A DNA stretch of 64,000 bases, taken from the IMG/VR virus record IMGVR_UViG_3300031996_000001, positions 1 through 64,000 of that record; one strand, written 5' to 3'. A program made the position numbers and the translations under genes. This DNA is from a virus (Duplodnaviria > Caudoviricetes). The notes below the pieces were generated by a model. It saw only the letters and a program-made list of their open reading frames with translations. It had not been told where the DNA came from and did not search any database. Shown here piece after piece: positions 8,830 to 16,955 of this stretch; positions within the stretch are counted from its first letter, which is position 1, and each line of letters starts with the position of its first letter.

Positions 8830-8835
8830 AGTCTT

Positions 8836-8876
8836 TGTTGACACCTGTTGACACTGTTGATAGCACATGCCATACT
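8836..8876 (+). promoter_or_regulatory. Promoter with three tandem boxes
   Basis: TGTTGACAC-C-TGTTGACAC-TGTTGATA; TTGACA-17-CATACT, then 6 nt to GTG. Confidence 0.75.
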
Positions 8877-8882
8877 CACTAC

Positions 8883-9116
8883 GTGATGACGACGCAGAGC
8901 AGTGAGGTCCTGATGATCACTTCGGTGGACGAGGTCCGGCAGCGGTTGAACTACCTCCGCTCGATCGCCGCCCAGGGCGCCTTCGAGCAGGCCCGGGTCC
9001 TGGAGCGCACGCTGTGGGACGGGGTCCTGGAGGCCATCGCCAGCTGCAACGCCCAGGCCGGATGGATCGCGGCCGAGGCGCTGAAGTCGAAGGAGATCGA
9101 CTTCCCGCGCGGCTGA
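8883..9116 (+). CDS. Hypothetical protein, leaderless
   Basis: Follows promoter; coding-like codons. Confidence 0.7.
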   Translation: MMTTQSSEVLMITSVDEVRQRLNYLRSIAAQGAFEQARVLERTLWDGVLEAIASCNAQAGWIAAEALKSKEIDFPRG

Positions 9117-9141
9117 GTCACCAGCCAGCTACAGTCAGTGA

Positions 9142-9167
9142 GAAGGCCGCCCCGTGGGGCGGCCTTC
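9142..9167. terminator. Bidirectional terminator
   Basis: GAAGGCCGCCCC-GT-GGGGCGGCCTTC between convergent genes. Confidence 0.7.
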
Positions 9168-9173
9168 GCCATG

Positions 9174-9410
9174 TCAGGCGGGCTTCTTGGCCAGCTCGGT
9201 CTTGTGGCCCTTGTGCCAGCGGTCGCGGGCGTTGCCGGTCTCCAGGTGACCGCTCAGTTCGCCGCACTCGCACAGCGCGTGGCCCTCGCCGCCGGTGCCG
9301 CCCGGTGTCAACCGCTTGACGGTGACCTGCTTCTTGCACGGGCCCTCGGTGCAGTGGATGGACGAGTAGGCCGCGCCCTCGTCCTGCAGGCCATGACCAG
9401 TCATCCGCAT
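9174..9410 (-). CDS. Small Cys/His-rich protein
   Basis: ALCECG..S.HL...W HK motif. Confidence 0.6.
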   Translation of the reverse strand: MRMTGHGLQDEGAAYSSIHCTEGPCKKQVTVKRLTPGGTGGEGHALCECGELSGHLETGNARDRWHKGHKTELAKKPA

Positions 9411-9551
9411 GGCGAAGATCGTAGGGAGACGGCTCAGATGAGCCGGTCCTCCTGGCTGGGCACCTGGCCGTGCACCATGATGCCGATCAGCGCGATCAGC
9501 CAGAGCAGGTTCAGCAGCAGCACTGGCTGGCCCTACCCATCTCTCGTGCGA

Positions 9552-9737
9552 TCAGTCGACCTTGTGTTCCGCTGCGTTCTCGATGGCCTCGCGCGGCGGC
9601 GGGAGCACGACGCCGATCAGGCTGCTCGGCTTGCGCACGGGCGGGTAGCCCCAGCTGCGCGGCTTGCGCGAGAAGACGCCCATGATCCAGGCCAGCCCCA
9701 GCACGAACGCAGCGCCACCGAGGAAGTCCCAGATCAC
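9552..9737 (-). CDS. Small membrane protein
   Basis: N-terminal TM segment; coupled. Confidence 0.6.
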   Translation of the reverse strand: MIWDFLGGAAFVLGLAWIMGVFSRKPRSWGYPPVRKPSSLIGVVLPPPREAIENAAEHKVD

Positions 9738-9934
9738 GCTGTGAGGCTATCCGCCCACTGTGCGTGAGCCAGGCGCTTGACGAGCTTGCGGGCGGCCCGC
9801 TCGCACTGCCAGCGCCAGCGGTAGGCCTCCACGATGTCCGCCGTCCGGTCTGCCCGGACGAGCATCACGAACCAGCGCCGGTCTCCTGGCCCAGCTCGCC
9901 GCACCGCCACCAGCAGCGGACGGCGGTCGCGCAT
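9734..9934 (-). CDS. Hypothetical protein
   Basis: Coupled ORF. Confidence 0.55.
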   Translation of the reverse strand: MRDRRPLLVAVRRAGPGDRRWFVMLVRADRTADIVEAYRWRWQCERAARKLVKRLAHAQWADSLTA

Positions 9935-10281
9935 CAGACCAGGATGTTGGTGACGTCGTACTGCGCGTCCATGTCCTCGAAGGAGATGACCTCCAGGGTG
10001 GGCAGCACGTAGACCCCGGTGTCAACCGGCACGCCATCGGCCCCAATGAGCTGCGGCAGCGCGTTGTTGCCCGGCGGGAACGAGATCTGGCAGCTGCCGC
10101 CCTGCTGGTTGACCCAGCTGGCCACCGCGACGGCGTTGGTGCCGTCGTAGAGGTAGGCGTTCAGCTCCGGCGTGCGGCGCCGGATGCTGATCGACTGGGG
10201 GCGAGTGGCGGGGTCGCCGATCACCGACTGGGGCGCGGCTTCGGCCGTCGCCGTGGCGGGCTTGCGGGTGCGTGCGGGCAT
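9934..10281 (-). CDS. Hypothetical protein
   Basis: Coupled ORF, coding-like codons. Confidence 0.65.
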   Translation of the reverse strand: MPARTRKPATATAEAAPQSVIGDPATRPQSISIRRRTPELNAYLYDGTNAVAVASWVNQQGGSCQISFPPGNNALPQLIGADGVPVDTGVYVLPTLEVISFEDMDAQYDVTNILV

Positions 10282-10308
10282 CAGAGGCTCCTGGTTGATC
10301 GACGGGTC

Positions 10309-10620
10309 TCAGGCCGCGACATCGGCCCAGCGGCGGCGCGTGGTGCCCCGGGGGACCGGGCCCGCGAGGACCCGGCGCTCGCGCACCGCAGCGCACAGCT
10401 CCTCGACCGTCTCAGCGCCCGCCAGCCGACGCAGCCGGTGCAGAGTGCTCCCGATGTACTCCCGGCTCACGCCGAGCCGGTCAGCGACCTCCTGGCGGGT
10501 CTGCGGGCGCTCCATGAAGGTGCACAGCACGTCCCACTCGCGCAGGTTGACGTGCAGTACCAGGGCGCCGGGTGCCGGTCGAGAGGTTCGGTAGCGGATC
10601 GGCGGGGCTGTCTGCGGCAC
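10309..10620 (-). CDS. LuxR/GerE-like HTH DNA-binding protein, leaderless
   Basis: REWDVL...TRQEVADRLGVSREYIGSTLHRLRR; TACGCT -10 six nt before GTG. Confidence 0.7.
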   Translation of the reverse strand: MPQTAPPIRYRTSRPAPGALVLHVNLREWDVLCTFMERPQTRQEVADRLGVSREYIGSTLHRLRRLAGAETVEELCAAVRERRVLAGPVPRGTTRRRWADVAA

Positions 10621-10688
10621 GCACGCAGCGTATCGACGGTCGTCCCCAGGGTTATCCACTTCCTGTTGACAACCCCGTGAATAGCGAA

Positions 10689-10716
10689 GGCCCCACCGGG
10701 GGGAATCGGTGGGGCC
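10689..10716. terminator. Hairpin
   Basis: GGCCCCACCG-8-CGGTGGGGCC. Confidence 0.55.
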
Positions 10717-11153
10717 CTGCTGGAGATCGACTATAGCCGCGTGTCGCTCCCGGGCTTGGCCGCGCCCCGGCGCTACCGTCCGGCCGATGTGCACCTTGCC
10801 CAGACGCAGAAACGGCCGGTGATCGAGTGAGCTGAGCCCACCTTCACACCGACCGTCCCACCACAGGCTTGGCCGCCCTCGTGGTGGGGACGGTACTCGG
10901 ACCCACCTGTCGTGTCACGCAGGCGGGCTTTCGGCGTGTCAACCGGCGCGTCGGGACGGTGTCGGGCTCGGCGAGGTGCACACCTTGCTCTTGGCGGTCC
11001 GGAGGACCGCTTGGCCGCCGAAGGCGGCCCATCTTCGTCTTGCGTTGAGAACTCTGGCCGTCCCCCGATACGGAGCTTGACGACAAGAGAGCGGTCCACA
11101 GGCGCCGCGTTTCCGCAGGTCAGGCGCACGACGCCTGTGGACATCCCTGTGAA

Positions 11154-12029
11154 TCAGCCGGGGAAGGCGACCTTCTCGAACTCCAGCAGCGCCTGCGCCG
11201 CCGCCGTGGCGTTCTTCCAGCCACGCGGGTGCGCGGCGAACCGGTCGACCAGCTCGCGCGGGTAGGCCGCCAGCACGTCGACCGGGGCCGGGGGAGTGGG
11301 CGTCGGCGCGGGCTGCGTGGTGGGCACGAACAGCGTCATGTCGCCCTGCTGGCTCATCAGGTAGGTCAGCGCCTTGGTGCTGAGGAAGAAGTGGCCGTCC
11401 AGGCCCCAGCCCTCGCTCCAGGAGTTGACGCACTCCCAGAGGTCGGTGTCCAGGTCGTAGCCGATGATCTCCCACTCGTGGCCGCCCCGGACGGTGCCGG
11501 TCGGGTTGACCACGCCCTTCTTGTCCGGCGTGTCCATCCCGGAGAACCAGGAGAACCCGCCGATCAGCGGACCTTCCTGGATCCCGGCGTGGGCCTCGCC
11601 GATGCTGGTGATGTGCCGGTAGCCGGAGATCCAGCCGTGCTTCTGCATGGTCTTGGCCGAGGACAGGCCGTCACTGCCGGTGTCGTCGGGCTCCCAGGCC
11701 CCCGGGTAGCTGTCGAGCCGCGTCTCCTCGCGGTAGAGCGGCTGCACCAGGTCCGTCTGCACCGAGGCGGCGGCGAGCTTGGCCTGAACGTCGGCGGGCA
11801 GCGTGGCGAACAGGTTGCCCGAGCCCAGCGCACCGAGACCGGCGTTGATCGTGCAGCTGCCCAGGTCGCCCTGGTCGAAGACCGGGATGTGTCGCTCCCA
11901 GCGCACCGTCTTCGGGGTCGCCGTCGCGCCGACGCGGAAGGCCAGCGAGCGCGGGTCGTGATGGATGTGTCGCCCGAGCCGGTGGTGCTTCTTCTTGACT
12001 TCGGGGAGGAGGAGTCTGCGGTCAGCCAT
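11154..12029 (-). CDS. Papain-like (C1) cysteine peptidase
   Basis: DQGDLGSCT, GGHE, NSWSEGWG.DGHF motifs. Confidence 0.85.
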   Translation of the reverse strand: MADRRLLLPEVKKKHHRLGRHIHHDPRSLAFRVGATATPKTVRWERHIPVFDQGDLGSCTINAGLGALGSGNLFATLPADVQAKLAAASVQTDLVQPLYREETRLDSYPGAWEPDDTGSDGLSSAKTMQKHGWISGYRHITSIGEAHAGIQEGPLIGGFSWFSGMDTPDKKGVVNPTGTVRGGHEWEIIGYDLDTDLWECVNSWSEGWGLDGHFFLSTKALTYLMSQQGDMTLFVPTTQPAPTPTPPAPVDVLAAYPRELVDRFAAHPRGWKNATAAAQALLEFEKVAFPG

Positions 12030-12074
12030 ACCGCCAGTCTCGACGGCGTTTCTGAGCAGGCTGTCCCGCTCCGG

Positions 12075-12515
12075 TTACTCCTCGAAGCCGTGCTTGAAGC
12101 GGAACTCCAGCGGCGTGATCAGGCTGCCCACGTCGGTCCAGGCCGGGACGTCCGAGATGTCGCTGTCCACCGGGGCGACCCAGACCTTGTGCGCCTTGAC
12201 GACCGTGGCCTCGCCGTTCTTGGCGAGGTCGATGCCGATGACCGTGTCAACCGGTGGCGAGCCCGGGGGAGTGCCGAGCATCCGCATCTCGAAGGGCTCG
12301 CCGAGCGCCAGCTCCAGCTGCTCGGGGTGATCCGTCGCCCAGTGCGCGACGCAGGCGACCCGGGCGGTCGACTCAGGGTTGATCGTCTCGTTGGCCCAGA
12401 CCGGGCCTGGCCCGTCGGGGTACCAGCGCAGCGGGAACCATCCGCCGGGCAGGTAGGCCGCCAGCGGGGCGCCGAAGGGGTCGTAGACCCAGTCGCACAG
12501 GACGCACTCGGTCAT
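12075..12515 (-). CDS. Hypothetical protein
   Basis: Coupled ORF. Confidence 0.6.
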   Translation of the reverse strand: MTECVLCDWVYDPFGAPLAAYLPGGWFPLRWYPDGPGPVWANETINPESTARVACVAHWATDHPEQLELALGEPFEMRMLGTPPGSPPVDTVIGIDLAKNGEATVVKAHKVWVAPVDSDISDVPAWTDVGSLITPLEFRFKHGFEE

Positions 12516-12883
12516 GCCGTGGCGACGGCGTCGTCCAGCTCCTGCTGCAGCTCCACAGGCAGAGTCTCGCCCTGCTTGACCAGCAGCCGCCGCATGAACT
12601 CCGTCCGCGCCAGGCCCTGGTAGATCGCGGTCTCACCCGAGGTCTGGTAGCCGTCGGGGTAGACGTACTGGCGGCTGACCAGGCTCATCCGCCGGTCGTA
12701 GGTGTCGTGCCGCCCAGTGCTGCAGTGCCCGCAGCTCAGCTGCCGGGTGAACTGGATGATGTCGCCCGCTGTGTTGCGCAGGATGTGGAAGTCGTGGACG
12801 TGCTTCCAGGTGTGCCCCCAGCTCTTGCACTCCAGGAAGCGCTGCTTGTACTTCGCCGGGGCGCCGTTGTACTTCTCCGCCAT
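12512..12883 (-). CDS. Zn-binding hypothetical protein
   Basis: FLEC...GH.W...CxxC...R.D...Y.YPDGY. Confidence 0.7.
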   Translation of the reverse strand: MAEKYNGAPAKYKQRFLECKSWGHTWKHVHDFHILRNTAGDIIQFTRQLSCGHCSTGRHDTYDRRMSLVSRQYVYPDGYQTSGETAIYQGLARTEFMRRLLVKQGETLPVELQQELDDAVATA

Positions 12884-13086
12884 CAGGACCTGTCCTTCGC
12901 GTCGTCGGGGACGAACAGCGCCATCGGGTGCTGGCGGATCCAGTACCGGGACTGCGGCAGAGTCGGTCGAACGGCCACCACGCCGTGGTCGGGGTGGATG
13001 ACCTCCCAGCGGACATAGCCGCCGTCCTGGATGCGGTCCACCAGGTAGCCGTCGATCTCGTGCTGCCCCGGGCCGAGCATGGTCAT
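12883..13086 (-). CDS. Hypothetical protein
   Basis: Coupled ORF. Confidence 0.65.
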   Translation of the reverse strand: MTMLGPGQHEIDGYLVDRIQDGGYVRWEVIHPDHGVVAVRPTLPQSRYWIRQHPMALFVPDDAKDRS

Positions 13087-13112
13087 GGCTTCGGCCGGTG
13101 GCGCTGCGTCAT
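13083..13112 (-). CDS. Leaderless 9-aa minigene MTQRHRPKP
   Basis: ATG 7 nt after TATTGT -10; stop overlaps next ATG (ATGA). Confidence 0.45.
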   Translation of the reverse strand: MTQRHRPKP

Positions 13113-13119
13113 GTCGGCG

Positions 13120-13141
13120 ACAATAGAACGCTATGTCAACA
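13120..13141 (-). promoter_or_regulatory. Promoter with single spacer box
   Basis: GTTGACA-8-TATTGT. Confidence 0.6.
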
Positions 13142-13169
13142 AGTCCAAGCGGGGGGTCACCCCGGCGTG

Positions 13170-13415
13170 TCAGGCGCGGACGTCCATGACCTTGTCGACG
13201 TAGCCCGCCAGCCAGGCGTTGGTCTCGCAGAGCGAGTGCGACAGGTGCAGGACCCGGAGCAGATCGCCGGACGCGGCGGCCTCGGTCATCTGCTCGGTCC
13301 AGTGCGACATCGTCCGGACGATCCCGGTGATCGTGGCGTGCTCGTCGGCGGTCGGGAGCGTGACTTGGAGACGTTCGGTATCCGTATCTGGGAGGTCCGT
13401 AGCCATGCTCATCAC
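13170..13415 (-). CDS. Hypothetical protein, probably leaderless
   Basis: GTTGACA-7-CATAGT-7-GTG. Confidence 0.55.
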   Translation of the reverse strand: MMSMATDLPDTDTERLQVTLPTADEHATITGIVRTMSHWTEQMTEAAASGDLLRVLHLSHSLCETNAWLAGYVDKVMDVRA

Positions 13416-13560
13416 CCCGTCGACTATGCCGTCCGTGTCAACGGGGTCCGGCCCCGGCAACCCTGAACCCTCGACCTCGGAAACTCTCGACTCCAGCTTT
13501 AGTCGGGGGGTCTGACCTGCACGTTTGTATCGGAACAGGATCGACTTGACGGAACGCACG

Positions 13561-13803
13561 TTATCGGCGCCCGAAGCTGCTGGCCGGTAATGAGTTGTTC
13601 GCCGCAACTTTCTTCGCGGGTGGTGGTGTGCCGGTCATCAGCTCCCGGACGTCGGCCAGGCGGACCAGGCGCAGCCGCTGGCGGCCGAACGGGATCACGT
13701 CCAGCTCGCCCCGCTTCAGCCAGCCCTCGATGTAGGCGCGGGGGATGTCCAGGTCCCGGGCCACCTCGCTGATCGGCCGGGGCTTGGTGTCGTTCGGCGG
13801 CAC
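13561..13803 (-). CDS. MerR/excisionase-like HTH protein
   Basis: ISEVARDLDIPRAYIEGWLKRGEL..IPFG..RL.RLADV. Confidence 0.7.
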   Translation of the reverse strand: MPPNDTKPRPISEVARDLDIPRAYIEGWLKRGELDVIPFGRQRLRLVRLADVRELMTGTPPPAKKVAANNSLPASSFGRR

Positions 13804-13832
13804 GCCCCACTATGTCGCGGCGGCCATCTTGA

Positions 13833-16800
13833 TCATGGCCACACCTTGGTGCTGCCCATGTAGAGCGCCGTGACCGAGGTGGACCCCAGGTAGATGCCAC
13901 TGGGCGCGGTGGCGGCGTCGAACAGCTTGGGGTTCGCCGGAGGGACGGTGTTGTAGTTGTCGAAGATCGCCGTCTTCGCGGGGGTGAAGGTGCCGCTGTA
14001 CCCGGTGCCCAGGATGACCTTCATCGCGTTGACCGGGATCGTGATGGCCTTGCTGGCCTGCTGGGTCCAGACGAGTCCGTCGGGGCTGGTGTCCCAGTAG
14101 GCCGTCGTCCCGGTCACGTCGGTCCGGATCCGCCACCAGGCGTGGGTCGTCGCCGAGTAGGCGATCGTCGCCACGGTGGTCGAGCCGCCAGCGGCGTCGC
14201 GGTAGTAGGCGATCAGGTTGGTCCCGACCATGTCCCACATCAGCGAGTTCTTGTTGGTCGAGTTGGCGACTCCGTCGAACAGCTGCAGGAACGTCTCCGG
14301 GGTGCCGGTGCCCGTGCCGGTCATGGCCTGCGCCACCTGCGCGTAGACCGCGTCCCCGGTGAGGTCGTAGGACAGCGCCGAGGTGATGCCGCCGGTGTAG
14401 CCGCTGTTCGCGGTGCAGACCAGCTGGCCGCCCGTGTCAACCGCTGCGGCGCCCCAGGACCACTTGGTGGTGTCCTGGCTGGCGAAGGTGTCGGTCAGCG
14501 TGGAGGACTTGGGGTTGGACACCGAGGCCAGCACGAACTGCATCGCGTTGACGTTGTGGCTGGTCGCGCCCGAGGGCGCCCAGGTGCCCGTGTAGACCTG
14601 CGAGGCGACGTTGGCCGCGTGCCCGAAGAAGGCACCGCCGAACCAGGTGGCCTCCTGGCCGGTGAAGTCCAGGGTCACCCCGGCCGGGGTGCCCAGGGTG
14701 TTCGCGTTGGTGGTCCGGTTCGCCGCCACCAGGAGCACGTCGCGGTTCCCGGCGTGCCCCGGCGCCGGGAAGGTGACCGTGGTGACGTCGGCCGTGGCGG
14801 TGTCGTAGACCGACGAGACCAGGGAGATGTCCCGGCCGCCGGTGTCGTACCAGGCGGCGGTCGTGGTCGCACCGGTGTTGCTGGGCAGGGTGGCGGTGAC
14901 CGTGTCCCCGGCCTTGACCCCACCGAGCCGCGTGAAGACGTAGAGCGTGCCGGACGATCCACCGGTGCCCGGGTTCTTGCCGCGCATCGTCCAGCCGGAC
15001 GGCACGGCCATCGCGGCCAGACCCTGGTTCGCCGCTTCGACGGTGAGGATGCCCAGGTGGCTGGTGGTCACCCCGGACGGGACGACGATGCTGGCGTCGG
15101 TCACCCCGGAGTTGGCGGTGCGCACCGAGTTGATGAAGGTCAGCGTGCCGGGCATGGAGGCCGGGCGGAACGCCACGGTGATCGCGCCGCTGGCCAGGCC
15201 GGTGGTGCCGGACTGGGTGAAGGTCCGGGCGGTGGACGCGCCCGCCGCATACTGCGTCTCGTAGGCGGTGACCAGCCGCTTGCCGGTACCGGCGGAGTCG
15301 ATGATCCGGGTGACGCCGGACGGCATCGTCCAGTCCGAGGAGGACGCGGAGTCGATGATCGGCATGTAGACGATCGCCGTGCCGGGCTTGACCACGGTGA
15401 CGGTGGGCGGCGTGACGCTTCCCGATCCGGGACTGTTCGTCGCGGCGGTGGTGTCCAGCGGGCTGACCGGGTCGACGTTGGACAGCCGGGTGATCGACGC
15501 GGAGACCTTCTGCACGGCGGCGGTCAGGCCGGTCAGCGTGTAGCTGGCGGGCTCGGTGGCCGTGGCGATCCGGTAGTAGAGGCCGCCCGCCGCGTTGGCC
15601 CCGGCGGTCTGGGTGGCGATGGTCGTCCAGCCGGAGAGGCTGGCCGGAGCCGTACCGCCGCCGACGGTGACCGCGAGCAGCAGCAGGTCGTTGGCCGAGA
15701 CGCCGATCGGGACGTTGACCGTGAGCGCGGTGGCCGAGGCGTTCTCGGCCAGCGTCGCGTTGGTCATGTCAACCACGACTTCGTTGCCGTTGACGTTGTC
15801 CAGGATCGCGGTGCCGGGGCTGGCCTCGGTGCCCCAGTAGCCCGCCATCAGCTCGGTGAACAGGTTGGTGACCGCGAACGTCGGCGTCCACGGGGTACCG
15901 AGCGCGGTCCACGTCAGGGCGTCGGCGCTGTACTCCCAGGTGATCTGCGTTCCGGTGTGCCGGATGCGCAGGTACTTCATGGTGGCCGCGTTGTAGGCGA
16001 TGCTGGTCGAGGTCGTCGTTCCGGCGATCCTCTTGTAGGCCCCGATGAAGCCGTTGGAGATGATGAAGGCGACCCAGTTGTTGTTGTCGACCTTCTGCCG
16101 GACGTGCAGCTCGGTGCTGCCGCTGCCGATGTTGGGTGTCTGGACGACCTGGATCGTGAAGGCGTCGCTGGTCAGGTCGTACCGGCTATTGCCGGAGACG
16201 TAGCCGTTGTAGCTGCTGTTGACCCCCAGGTTCAGCTGACCGGAGACCACCGAGGCGTTGGCGTCGTAGAACCACTTGGACGTGTCCTTGGTGGCGAAGG
16301 AGTCCGCGAGCTGGGACATCTTCGCCGGGGCGTTGACCTTGTAGGCGGCGAAGATCGTCTCGTAGCCGGTGGTCGACCCCGAGGGGGTCACGGTGACCGT
16401 GACCGCCGCGCCGGAAAGGGTGACCGCGTCGCCGTAGCCGCCGTACTCCGGGCTGGGTGCGGGGTTGTAGTAGTCGTCGGCCGTGACCAGCCCGCCGGAG
16501 AAGGTCACCGGGTTGTTGCTGTCCTGCGCGGCCAGCGCGATCAGCCAGGACGCGCCGCTGCTCACGTCCGGCGTGATCGAGGCGGTGGCGTAGGTGGTGG
16601 CCGGGCCCGAGCCGTTGCTGGACACCGAGGTCTGGTAGCCGACGACGCCCAGGGCCTCGATCAGGTAGAGCGTGCCGATGCCGCTGCCGTGGGTGACGGT
16701 GACCGTGTTGTCGGTGCCGCTCGCGCTGATCTTGTCGTAGATCGAGATGTTGCCGGACTGGACCGTCACGGAGTTGCGCTGCGTCCAGCCGGTCGGGACG

Positions 16801-16952
16801 GCCGTGACGTTCTGCCCTGACCCGGCGACGAACAGCAGGATCTGGGTGGAGCCAGTGGTCGCCCCGTAGGGCAGCGTGATCGTGGTCGTGGTGGCGGCGA
16901 CCGTCGGCTTGACCGAGACCCGCTGGGCGACCCGGAACGGGATGGTGGCCAC
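13833..16952 (-). CDS. Large tail fibre/adhesin with duplicated lectin-like domains
   Basis: Thr/Ser/Gly-rich; two similar D.FA..DT.KW...GQL...YDLT.DA modules; C-terminal IYLG..V.ALYMG..KVW. Confidence 0.8.
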   Translation of the reverse strand: MATIPFRVAQRVSVKPTVAATTTTITLPYGATTGSTQILLFVAGSGQNVTAVPTGWTQRNSVTVQSGNISIYDKISASGTDNTVTVTHGSGIGTLYLIEALGVVGYQTSVSSNGSGPATTYATASITPDVSSGASWLIALAAQDSNNPVTFSGGLVTADDYYNPAPSPEYGGYGDAVTLSGAAVTVTVTPSGSTTGYETIFAAYKVNAPAKMSQLADSFATKDTSKWFYDANASVVSGQLNLGVNSSYNGYVSGNSRYDLTSDAFTIQVVQTPNIGSGSTELHVRQKVDNNNWVAFIISNGFIGAYKRIAGTTTSTSIAYNAATMKYLRIRHTGTQITWEYSADALTWTALGTPWTPTFAVTNLFTELMAGYWGTEASPGTAILDNVNGNEVVVDMTNATLAENASATALTVNVPIGVSANDLLLLAVTVGGGTAPASLSGWTTIATQTAGANAAGGLYYRIATATEPASYTLTGLTAAVQKVSASITRLSNVDPVSPLDTTAATNSPGSGSVTPPTVTVVKPGTAIVYMPIIDSASSSDWTMPSGVTRIIDSAGTGKRLVTAYETQYAAGASTARTFTQSGTTGLASGAITVAFRPASMPGTLTFINSVRTANSGVTDASIVVPSGVTTSHLGILTVEAANQGLAAMAVPSGWTMRGKNPGTGGSSGTLYVFTRLGGVKAGDTVTATLPSNTGATTTAAWYDTGGRDISLVSSVYDTATADVTTVTFPAPGHAGNRDVLLVAANRTTNANTLGTPAGVTLDFTGQEATWFGGAFFGHAANVASQVYTGTWAPSGATSHNVNAMQFVLASVSNPKSSTLTDTFASQDTTKWSWGAAAVDTGGQLVCTANSGYTGGITSALSYDLTGDAVYAQVAQAMTGTGTGTPETFLQLFDGVANSTNKNSLMWDMVGTNLIAYYRDAAGGSTTVATIAYSATTHAWWRIRTDVTGTTAYWDTSPDGLVWTQQASKAITIPVNAMKVILGTGYSGTFTPAKTAIFDNYNTVPPANPKLFDAATAPSGIYLGSTSVTALYMGSTKVWP

Positions 16953-16955
16953 GGC

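Noticed and set aside
9434-9523. 29-aa hydrophobic ORF
   Set aside because: Plausible but no RBS or coupling; left unannotated
10652-10660. DnaA box TTATCCACT
   Set aside because: Single 8/9 match, far from the origin candidate; insufficient evidence
13561-13803. Excisionase marking a lysogeny module
   Set aside because: No integrase, att site or cI/cro pair nearby; temperate lifestyle cannot be decided from this window
13810-13836. Minigene MIKMAAAT after tail fibre stop
   Set aside because: Overlaps the CATAGT -10 of the next gene and is easily chance; no independent support
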